DNA of 64,000 nucleotides from a virus. This document shows positions 36,472-43,145 of the stretch, piece by piece; positions within the stretch are counted from its first letter, which is position 1; the number at the start of each line of letters is the position of its first letter. The stretch spans positions 1 to 64,000 of the IMG/VR virus record IMGVR_UViG_3300004886_000001, one strand, 5' to 3'. The notes below the pieces were generated by a model. The model was not told the origin of the DNA. It did no database searches and saw only the letters and a list, made by a program, of their open reading frames with translations. A program made the position numbers and the translations under genes.

Positions 36472-36854
36472 CTTAGACAAACAAGCAAGCAGTCATTAGA
36501 CATCTGTTAAGGGTTTTGTGTTTTGGGTGTGAGGTACCCACCCCCTATAAGCTGTGGCTGCTGAGGGCTTGTGAGGAGCGTACAACGGGCATAGCGCCAC
36601 CCCTTCTAACATGGTCTTACCAAGCCTCTCCTGGGTTTCCAGCGCCTCTGGCAGTCGTGTGTGTGTCGGGCGTTGATAGCTACAAGGAGGTGGTGGGTTT
36701 GCTTTGGGGATTACTTTGAGAGCTAATTTATTCTTGGACGTGTACCTAAATCCCCCCTTTTTCCCCAACAATCCCAGCAGCACCTACAGTCACTCCTTGC
36801 CTTTTCCCATCCAATTCGCGCATTTCCTCTGATTCCGCTACGCGCTACCTGAGG

Positions 36855-37085
36855 TTATTTCGGGTTTATTGGGGTATTTGTATGGCTTTGGTGGGTTTCT
36901 CGCTCTGAATCGCTTATGGTCGAGTCTACTGGTACGCGTATTCTCACGAGGTATTCATTCCCGTTTTTCTCGATGCCTTCGAGGTTTGTGTCTGGTTCTT
37001 TATCCCTGTAGTGGCTCATGACTCTCATTGCGATAATGCCTTGAGCTTCTTCCTCGCTGACGGATGCGGTGATTACTCGCTTCAT
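36855..37085 (-). CDS. Hypothetical protein
   Basis: Start set at ATG 37085 (ATGA overlap with the upstream stop); 76 aa. Confidence 0.55.
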   Translation of the reverse strand: MKRVITASVSEEEAQGIIAMRVMSHYRDKEPDTNLEGIEKNGNEYLVRIRVPVDSTISDSERETHQSHTNTPINPK

Positions 37086-37357
37086 GGCGGTGTCCAGTGC
37101 TTGCCATTCCATATCAGCAATTCGTTGTTATCCAGTACAAGGGCTGTTTCTCCCTTGTGGCGCATTGCCGGGTTTGGCAGGTCGCTGATGGTTGGGAATA
37201 CCCCTGTTTTGATGATTAGAGGCCTTTCCTGAATTACGCGTGGCTTCGCTATCACGGTCACATTGCGCGGAACCATGATATTGCTGGCTTTCACGATGCC
37301 TGGTGCGGCTATCAGTGCAGCGGTGTTCTTTAGGAATGTTCTTCTGGTGATTATCAT
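37082..37357 (-). CDS. Small protein with canonical twin-arginine (Tat) signal-like N-terminus
   Basis: MIITRRTFLKNTAALIAAPGIVKA matches S/T-R-R-x-F-L-K plus an h-region and AxA-like site. Confidence 0.6.
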   Translation of the reverse strand: MIITRRTFLKNTAALIAAPGIVKASNIMVPRNVTVIAKPRVIQERPLIIKTGVFPTISDLPNPAMRHKGETALVLDNNELLIWNGKHWTPP

Positions 37358-37608
37358 TGGACTGGTGTTCCTCTGATTACAGGCTTATCCTGCGCCATCT
37401 CTGGTTTTTTGCTCCCTTTTCTCGGAATTGCTGGATTTGAGCCCGCTGGCTGGATAGTCGCTTCCTCTGCTGCAGTGTCGTGCATTTCGGGTACTTTCAT
37501 GTCGAGAGGCGTCCAATCATCCCCGAGCCTCATCCATACTCTGCCGAGGGCATCAAGTCCGTATAGCAATCCCATGCTTTGGGTTATCTGTACAAATCTC
37601 ACTTCCAT
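37354..37608 (-). CDS. Hypothetical protein
   Basis: 84-aa ORF, overlaps both neighbours. Confidence 0.55.
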   Translation of the reverse strand: MEVRFVQITQSMGLLYGLDALGRVWMRLGDDWTPLDMKVPEMHDTAAEEATIQPAGSNPAIPRKGSKKPEMAQDKPVIRGTPVQ

Positions 37609-37841
37609 TACGCTGTTCTCCGCTGTTTCCGCCAGTTACGCGTCATCTTCTGTGTGAATGTCATCAATGGGGCCATTCTGTTATCAGGTATCCACAGTGG
37701 ACCGTACATTGTCCCGCATTTATTGGGGCATTGCTGATCAGCTTCGCTTAGGAATGGTGGTTCAGGGTTGTTCTTCTGGTTCGGGTTCCAGAAAGCCATG
37801 TACTGGCAGCGGGTACAGTGCATGATTGCCGCGCTGATCAC
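37608..37841 (-). CDS. Zinc-ribbon-like small protein
   Basis: 77 aa, CTRC...CPNKC. GTG start preceded by GAGGGA. Confidence 0.5.
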   Translation of the reverse strand: MISAAIMHCTRCQYMAFWNPNQKNNPEPPFLSEADQQCPNKCGTMYGPLWIPDNRMAPLMTFTQKMTRNWRKQRRTA

Positions 37842-38005
37842 GTGAAGTCCCTCGCACCGCGCGGCAACCGATTACTCTGGTATCTGGCCATCTCTCGAAT
37901 GAAAGCCATTGTGTAGCTGGTATTGCCGTGCTGTCTGGCCTTGAGCATGATATTGGCGAGTAACTGTCGATGCTTTCGCTTTCGGATCCTGGCTACGGTG
38001 CTCAC
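37838..38005 (-). CDS. 55-aa basic micro-protein (below the ORF-track threshold)
   Basis: GTGA overlaps at both ends. Translation MSTVARIRKRKHRQLLANIMLKARQHGNTSYTMAFIREMARYQSNRLPRGARDFT. Confidence 0.5.
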   Translation of the reverse strand: MSTVARIRKRKHRQLLANIMLKARQHGNTSYTMAFIREMARYQSNRLPRGARDFT

Positions 38006-38427
38006 GCCACAGCCTCCCTGTGCTCCAGCACGCTCTTACTGACAGCCAGCACATGTGTGGTGCCGTTGTGGTCGTACTCTACCCTCCAGATGTCGTCGTA
38101 CTCCCGTAGGAGAGTGATATTGCTTGTGTCTGGTAGGCGGGTTGATAGGTAGCGTCTGATTATCGCGTCATCAGTGCTGATCGTATCGTCTGGGTAGGTA
38201 TCCCAGCTCGACGTGTCGCCCATCATTGCAGCTTTAGCAACAGCCATCGCCATGCCCTGTGTGTGCAGGTAATCTTTGCCTCTCCAGATCTTTTCACAGC
38301 CTGGTATCCGGTCTCCGTAGCAAAACAGCTCATCTTCGTACACTGAGTGCTGGTGTTTTTGCCGGATATCTCTCAGACATGCGCTGCAATAGCCAATTAC
38401 CGGGCCTTTGATGATTCTGCCGATCAT
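38002..38427 (-). CDS. Hypothetical Cys-containing protein
   Basis: 141-aa ORF, ATGA-coupled upstream. Confidence 0.6.
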   Translation of the reverse strand: MIGRIIKGPVIGYCSACLRDIRQKHQHSVYEDELFCYGDRIPGCEKIWRGKDYLHTQGMAMAVAKAAMMGDTSSWDTYPDDTISTDDAIIRRYLSTRLPDTSNITLLREYDDIWRVEYDHNGTTHVLAVSKSVLEHREAVA

Positions 38428-38561
38428 TGAATCTCCCCGAATTCACGCTGATAGTGCCGATAGGTCCAATTGATTAGCGCCGATGCAATCCACATTGCCG
38501 GTATTGCCAGTATGTGGAGTAATCCCATTGCTACCAGCAGGAGCATTATCAGGTAGATCAT
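38424..38561 (-). CDS. 45-aa single/double-pass membrane micro-protein
   Basis: Internal ATG 38561 gives MIYLIMLLLVAMGLLHILAIPAMWIASALINWTYRHYQREFGEIQ. The longer track ORF overlaps a better-supported gene. Confidence 0.45.
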   Translation of the reverse strand: MIYLIMLLLVAMGLLHILAIPAMWIASALINWTYRHYQREFGEIQ

Positions 38562-38574
38562 TCTTACCCTGATT

Positions 38575-38763
38575 CTAATCACTGTGACCGACTCCCGGCA
38601 GCGAGTCTTTAATGCATTTCGGTAGATCGTCAAAGATTGTTCGCGGTGGTGGTTGATATGCGCCAAGCCTCGGGAATAGCTTTTCAAACTGCCGATGGTG
38701 TTTGAACATGCCGTAAACCCAGCTATCACTACCTGATGGGGTTGAATAGATTACAACTCTCAC
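38575..38763 (-). CDS. Hypothetical protein
   Basis: 62 aa. GTG start in a GTGA overlap with the upstream stop. Confidence 0.5.
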   Translation of the reverse strand: MRVVIYSTPSGSDSWVYGMFKHHRQFEKLFPRLGAYQPPPRTIFDDLPKCIKDSLPGVGHSD

Positions 38764-38990
38764 GATCCTCTGCCCCAGTGACTACCAAACATCAACGTTG
38801 TTGCTTTGATGCTATTGAAATTCGGTCTCAGCGGTTCAGATACTGCGATAGTCTCCTTTTTCCCACAGTCCGGGCATTCCCAAACGTGAGTACCGGGCTG
38901 CAGATTCATTCGCTCTGCCAGTCCTGGCATGTGGTTTGGTGACTTGCAACGACCATCGTCCTTCGGTGGTTTGTGATCAACAAATGGCAT
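38760..38990 (-). CDS. Zinc-ribbon small protein
   Basis: 76 aa, CKSPNH...CPDCGKKE. Confidence 0.5.
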   Translation of the reverse strand: MPFVDHKPPKDDGRCKSPNHMPGLAERMNLQPGTHVWECPDCGKKETIAVSEPLRPNFNSIKATTLMFGSHWGRGS

Positions 38991-39233
38991 TTACGCTGCC
39001 TCCTTCTGAGCTATAACACTGTCGAACCTGTTAGATAGCTGAACCCAGTTGACCGATTGCCGCTCTCCGGTGGTTTTGCTTTCGATCACCAGTAAATCAG
39101 TACGCCTCAAGGTCACCAAGTGCCCGGCAATCATGTGATTTGGCACCCGGACCTGCCACCCATCACTGAGTGAGAACACCGTTTCTTTGTTGAGAGTGTG
39201 TTTGCGGCCGGTGAATCTGATTTTGATCGTCAC
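38991..39233 (-). CDS. Hypothetical protein
   Basis: 80-aa ORF. Confidence 0.55.
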   Translation of the reverse strand: MTIKIRFTGRKHTLNKETVFSLSDGWQVRVPNHMIAGHLVTLRRTDLLVIESKTTGERQSVNWVQLSNRFDSVIAQKEAA

Positions 39234-39547
39234 TTCGCCATCCCCAGCTTCTTGAACACAATGGCTCGCATGTCCTGCAAATGGTTCTCAGTGGCTTTCA
39301 GGCTGCCAGCAGATCCTGTTCCCTCGGTTGGTCTTATACCGGCATGCCACAAGTCATCCATCAGCACCTGTGCGGCACTTGGCGAGATATTCGTCATTGA
39401 ATCGTGCTGAAGGGCTGGATCTTCAACTGGCTTCATCTCAAGAGAACCAACAGTCTTTTTGCCATCAGCATCAATCTCGTAGATGTACAGACCTATGCTG
39501 TGTCGAAAGTCCTGTGACTCTGCCCTGATGTGTTTGCCTTTCATCAT
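39230..39547 (-). CDS. Hypothetical protein
   Basis: 105-aa ORF, 4-nt overlaps. Confidence 0.6.
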   Translation of the reverse strand: MMKGKHIRAESQDFRHSIGLYIYEIDADGKKTVGSLEMKPVEDPALQHDSMTNISPSAAQVLMDDLWHAGIRPTEGTGSAGSLKATENHLQDMRAIVFKKLGMAK

Positions 39548-40056
39548 GGCTGTACCTCTTCCGACTGATCAACACCAATCAGCTCACGGCTATCTGCCTC
39601 GGCTTGCCGAATTGCCTGGATAATGGTCCCGATACCACTTTCCTTCGCTGCGTCTTCCTTCTCGCGCTCACGCTCTCTCTCTGGATCTATCGGCGCCAGC
39701 TTCCGGTTTGCAAACGGCAGTACTTCTTTGAGCATTGCGTATTCTTTGATCGGGTCTTCTTCCATGATTGCCAGCTCTACCATTCTTGACAGAACATCGA
39801 AGTCTTTAGGCACTGTTGGCCGACCTTGATCCCTCAATCTTTTGTTGGCTCGCTGAACGCCGACAGACACCGCATTTCTCGCATGTCTGCCTTTCAGATT
39901 TTGCACACCAGACCGACTACCTTTCGGCCTGCCACCCTTGTTTACCACTGGCAGTAAATCGCCGGATTTGGCGTCACTTTCTAGTTCTGACACTTGTTCC
40001 ATAGAACTTTGATTCGATTCAGGTTTTGAAAAGTCAGGAATAGGTTGATTTTGCAC
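39544..40056 (-). CDS. GGRPKG-motif protein (DUF5681/terminase-small-subunit-like N-terminus?)
   Basis: 170 aa. NKGGRPKGSRSG motif, basic N-terminal half, acidic tail. First gene of the leftward operon starting at 40.1 kb. Confidence 0.3.
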   Translation of the reverse strand: MQNQPIPDFSKPESNQSSMEQVSELESDAKSGDLLPVVNKGGRPKGSRSGVQNLKGRHARNAVSVGVQRANKRLRDQGRPTVPKDFDVLSRMVELAIMEEDPIKEYAMLKEVLPFANRKLAPIDPEREREREKEDAAKESGIGTIIQAIRQAEADSRELIGVDQSEEVQP

Positions 40057-40149
40057 TAAATTGCAAGTGAATTCGATGATAGCATGGTTATTTGTTGTGC
40101 TGATATTGCTATTTGATGTATTGTCAGTCTACCTACAATTTGGAAGGTC

Positions 40150-40320
40150 ATGAAACGCAAGAGAGAAATGCTGAGGCTGTCGAAAAAACAAGGCTGGTAT
40201 GACGGCAAATCTGGTGTCGAGCGCCGATCTTGGCCTTATGATGACGTCGAGCGAAATATTGCATACGACGACGGATATTACGAAGGTGAAGCCGCCGCAG
40301 AGTCCGACAGAGCAAGATAG
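40150..40320 (+). CDS. 56-aa hypothetical protein (below the ORF-track threshold)
   Basis: ATG 4 nt after GGAAGG. Translation MKRKREMLRLSKKQGWYDGKSGVERRSWPYDDVERNIAYDDGYYEGEAAAESDRAR. A terminator follows. Confidence 0.45.
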   Translation: MKRKREMLRLSKKQGWYDGKSGVERRSWPYDDVERNIAYDDGYYEGEAAAESDRAR

Positions 40321-40431
40321 TTCAGGGACTCGCTACCGGTGAAGCGCCGTGTATCTGCAATGAGAACACTCCGCATTTCATGGACTGTTATTCAAGAAAC
40401 TGCCGGAGGAACCGGTAACAGGCACAAAAAA

Positions 40432-40454
40432 GCCCGGCACATGTCCGGGCTTTT
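40432..40454. terminator. Bidirectional intrinsic terminator
   Basis: AAAAAA-GCCCGG-CACATGT-CCGGGC-TTTT between convergent genes. Confidence 0.75.
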
Positions 40455-40484
40455 ACTTCTCAAACTGCTAATCATCTATTGGTG

Positions 40485-40823
40485 CTAGTTGAACACCAAC
40501 TTATCCGGCAACAGAGTCCGGGCATTCTCACACCCAGACATACCACCAGCACCTATCCCGGTAACTTCGACAATCTGATCAATCGATCCGATGACGGGTG
40601 ATGCCAGGTTTGCCAGTTCAGTTGCTTCATTGTCGATATCAACTGCAAATAGCGGTGCTGTGTATTCAATCGCTTTAACTGGTAGCACAGTGTTCACTGT
40701 ATTACCTGCTTCTGCAATCAGCTCTGTTGCCTGCCCTTCATAACCGACGTCAGCGAGTGCCGGTACCGATAGGCTTGCAAGTGAACCAATTGCGATTGTC
40801 AGCATTAAAATATACGTTTTCAT
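40485..40823 (-). CDS. Secreted small protein (Sec signal peptide), moron-like
   Basis: MKTYILMLTIAIGSLASLSVPALA|DVGY. GAGGA RBS. Lies directly downstream of the tRNA-like gene. Confidence 0.6.
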   Translation of the reverse strand: MKTYILMLTIAIGSLASLSVPALADVGYEGQATELIAEAGNTVNTVLPVKAIEYTAPLFAVDIDNEATELANLASPVIGSIDQIVEVTGIGAGGMSGCENARTLLPDKLVFN

Positions 40824-40849
40824 TGCTTCTCATCCTCAAGGTTTCAAAA

Positions 40850-40932
40850 TGGAGCCCAGTGCCAGACTTGAACTAGCGACCGTTATATGGGCATTTACCG
40901 CATACCTGCTCTACCAACTGAGCTAACCGGGC
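40850..40932 (-). tRNA. tRNA-like gene, atypical (candidate anticodon GGU/Thr; encoded CCA)
   Basis: GCCCGGT/ACTGGGC acceptor stem, TAGCTCAGTTGGTAGAGCA D-arm, GCTAG-TTCAAGT-CTGGC T-arm, 3' TCCA. The anticodon loop GCGGTAA has C at position 33, and the variable region is 12 nt. Confidence 0.6.
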
Positions 40933-40963
40933 TTTAGTGCCGTTTGATAATACCAATATGGCG

Positions 40964-41644
40964 TTATTTTGGAAATGACGAACTAACCACTTCTGCAGCT
41001 CCCCACTGGCTGGCAAATGCTTCAGACCAGCCGGGATATGTCTCACTGCGAAGTTTCCACCGATCAGCCGATGGTGTTAGTTTATTCTGGCCGCTATCGG
41101 TCTGATTGCCCCATCGCTGCACATAGCCGCGACCATCTTTAGACGGCACCAGTCTTGGCGGACAAAATTCAGTCATCACCAACCGTTGCAACCCTTTCAA
41201 CCACAAACAGGTTTTTTTACTGGCATCGTCGCCGTACTCAAAAGGCTGTATGAATTGATCTGGTTCGCGCCACATGGTTGACAATGAACCAACCGGGTTC
41301 TCTATTGCCACCTTTTCAATCGGTGCGTTGTATAGCTCGTCAACAAATTCAATAGCCTCTATTCTTGCCTGACGTCGATCTTCACCAACAAGTGTTCCGG
41401 GTTTTACCTTCTGGTGATATGGACCGTCTTTAAATGCCCACGATGCAGACCCTGTCAGGTACGTGCAATCAGGATGCGCAATCATCATGTCCCAACCATC
41501 GTCAAGTATTTCTCTAACATCGCCTTGGTGGTGTGGTCCGGGTACGTCCGTCGGTAACAGATCACAACTAACAGCATCGTGACCATGTCTCAGAAATGCA
41601 TCGCGTGTTCTGCCACTGGTTTCACATGCGATAAGAACTTTCAT
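40964..41644 (-). CDS. Short C5-cytosine DNA methyltransferase-like protein
   Basis: MKVLIACETSG (motif I-like), HPDCTYLT (PxC motif IV-like), IENPVG (ENV motif VI-like); 226 aa. Confidence 0.5.
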   Translation of the reverse strand: MKVLIACETSGRTRDAFLRHGHDAVSCDLLPTDVPGPHHQGDVREILDDGWDMMIAHPDCTYLTGSASWAFKDGPYHQKVKPGTLVGEDRRQARIEAIEFVDELYNAPIEKVAIENPVGSLSTMWREPDQFIQPFEYGDDASKKTCLWLKGLQRLVMTEFCPPRLVPSKDGRGYVQRWGNQTDSGQNKLTPSADRWKLRSETYPGWSEAFASQWGAAEVVSSSFPK

Positions 41645-41910
41645 GCGGCTGATCTCACGTTCGGAAGTTTCTGTTTTCGTACTTCATAAACGTGTTTTTT
41701 GATAATGACGAAATCCTTCTCCTTGCCCTTAGGTGAATAAAGGCGGCCGTTGTGTGCAATGTATCCAGCCTGGAGCCATTGACTGACCTGCGCCCGAGAT
41801 ACACCGCAGGCACGAGCAAAGGCGGATTGATTTCCGCCATAGTGCTTTTCTATGTAGTCGAGTAGTGGCATTAGTGACGCTGATCTTCTAAGACGCTTCT
41901 CAATTTCCAT
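41641..41910 (-). CDS. Cro/YdaS-like HTH DNA-binding protein
   Basis: GGNQSAFARACGVSRAQVSQWL is a typical HTH. Confidence 0.6.
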   Translation of the reverse strand: MEIEKRLRRSASLMPLLDYIEKHYGGNQSAFARACGVSRAQVSQWLQAGYIAHNGRLYSPKGKEKDFVIIKKHVYEVRKQKLPNVRSAA

Positions 41911-41916
41911 ATGCTC

Positions 41917-42129
41917 TCACCACCACCCATGTCTTTCCAGCAAATCCAAGTCCCGATCCGAGCAATTTTCTTCCATCTTTCCCTGTAAGTGGTTTCTCAA
42001 CTCATCCACCGCATCATCAATATGACCAGCTCGGGCATTCCATGCAAACAACCAGTGGTCGCCTTGGTCTTCGTAGAGCTTCCCGAATTCCAACTTCCAC
42101 TTGCCATCTTTTGAAATTTGCGTTGCCAT
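41917..42129 (-). CDS. Hypothetical protein
   Basis: 70-aa ORF. Confidence 0.55.
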   Translation of the reverse strand: MATQISKDGKWKLEFGKLYEDQGDHWLFAWNARAGHIDDAVDELRNHLQGKMEENCSDRDLDLLERHGWW

Positions 42130-42440
42130 TATTCACACTCCTTTGCTTCTTCAACACTAATTCCCCATGCTGCCGAAACAACTTCGTACATATCAGCATA
42201 CTTAGAAAGCAAAAATACCGAAATGCTATACCGCTGCTTTTTAGTGACGGTGGAACGATTGCTGTTTGGGTTTCTGAGGTTCTCACAAATACCCTTAATT
42301 TTGTCGTCGCCGATTTTTTCGCACAGCTTTACGATTTCCTCAATATTGCTGATGAACTCCAATCCAAGATCTGGCTTTGTTTTGTGCTCTGCACAAACTT
42401 CTTTCACCCAATCAATGTGTGCATTTTCTACGTTAGTCAT
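42129..42440 (-). CDS. Hypothetical protein, first leftward gene of the 42.5-kb control region
   Basis: Start set at ATG 42440 (GGAGAAACGAT ATG). The longer track ORF would run through the operators. Confidence 0.55.
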   Translation of the reverse strand: MTNVENAHIDWVKEVCAEHKTKPDLGLEFISNIEEIVKLCEKIGDDKIKGICENLRNPNSNRSTVTKKQRYSISVFLLSKYADMYEVVSAAWGISVEEAKECE

Positions 42441-42484
42441 ATCGTTTCTCCGCTTAACTTCGGGCCAATCCCTCAGTGCATGTG

Positions 42485-42505
42485 TGTATAGTATAGCACT
42501 ATACA
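42485..42505. promoter_or_regulatory. Palindromic operator O-a: TGTATAGT-ATAGC-ACTATACA
   Basis: Perfect 8-bp inverted arms in a divergent intergenic region. Confidence 0.7.
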
Positions 42506-42510
42506 TTCCG

Positions 42511-42531
42511 TGTATAGTCCCTCCCTATACA
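42511..42531. promoter_or_regulatory. Palindromic operator O-b: TGTATAG-TCCCTCC-CTATACA
   Basis: Perfect 7-bp arms with the same half-site as O-a, 5 bp away. Confidence 0.7.
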
Positions 42532-42673
42532 TTGTAATGTTTCGGCAATGTTCGGCTTGCCTTTATTTCACTAAAGCAATTGGCCCAAAATGCGCTACAG
42601 ATAGTAAGTCCAGTGCAATTACTGGCAACGGATGCAGCCGATTTCTGCAACACGCTCATAAGGAGCAACCAAA

Positions 42674-43066
42674 ATGTCTACCTCTAATATCGTCCGTGAT
42701 TTATTCAACCGTCACGCCGACGCACAAGTCCAGCTCGGACTACTACTCAACGACCCCGCCACACCAGAACATCGCATACAGTTAGCCGCTGTTCGCGTGG
42801 AGATTTGCAACGACCGATTTATAGAAGCAGAATGCCGCTATGTCGAAAATAACCCTTCTTACGAAAAGCAAGGGAGCCTGGATTCAGGTTCTTGGAAAAA
42901 TGCGCTCGAACAAGGAGAACATTGCACCCTTCCTGCACTCCCTGATGACCATGATAGCTACGAATTACCGGGCATGGGATCTCGCCGCAGTACGCGCAAA
43001 ACTACCCCTGATCGGCTGGATGACGTCACGCCTGAATGCTTCTGCAAAGCGGGAGCTGGGCGATGA
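42674..43066 (+). CDS. Hypothetical protein, first rightward gene of the 42.5-kb control region
   Basis: 130-aa ORF with AAGGAG RBS. Its 3' third overlaps a second open frame (42945..43115), so the true end is uncertain. Confidence 0.5.
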   Translation: MSTSNIVRDLFNRHADAQVQLGLLLNDPATPEHRIQLAAVRVEICNDRFIEAECRYVENNPSYEKQGSLDSGSWKNALEQGEHCTLPALPDDHDSYELPGMGSRRSTRKTTPDRLDDVTPECFCKAGAGR

Positions 43067-43145
43067 TTATATTGATCCTGAGCCGTCTGATAATAGCGAT
43101 ATACCTCCCGAGTGATCAGTCGCCAGTGTGCCTGCGGGGTGCACT

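Noticed and set aside
36496-36783. A 95-aa minus ORF, and the overlapping 67-aa plus ORF, in the 840-bp hub.
   Set aside because: No RBS. The composition is odd and Pro/Lys/Thr-rich. The ORF spans hairpin-rich DNA, so the region is treated as non-coding.
37872-38054. A 60-aa minus ORF (MCWLSVRACW...).
   Set aside because: It overlaps the 3' end of 38002..38427 out of frame. The GTGA-coupled 55-aa frame 37838..38005 explains the gap better.
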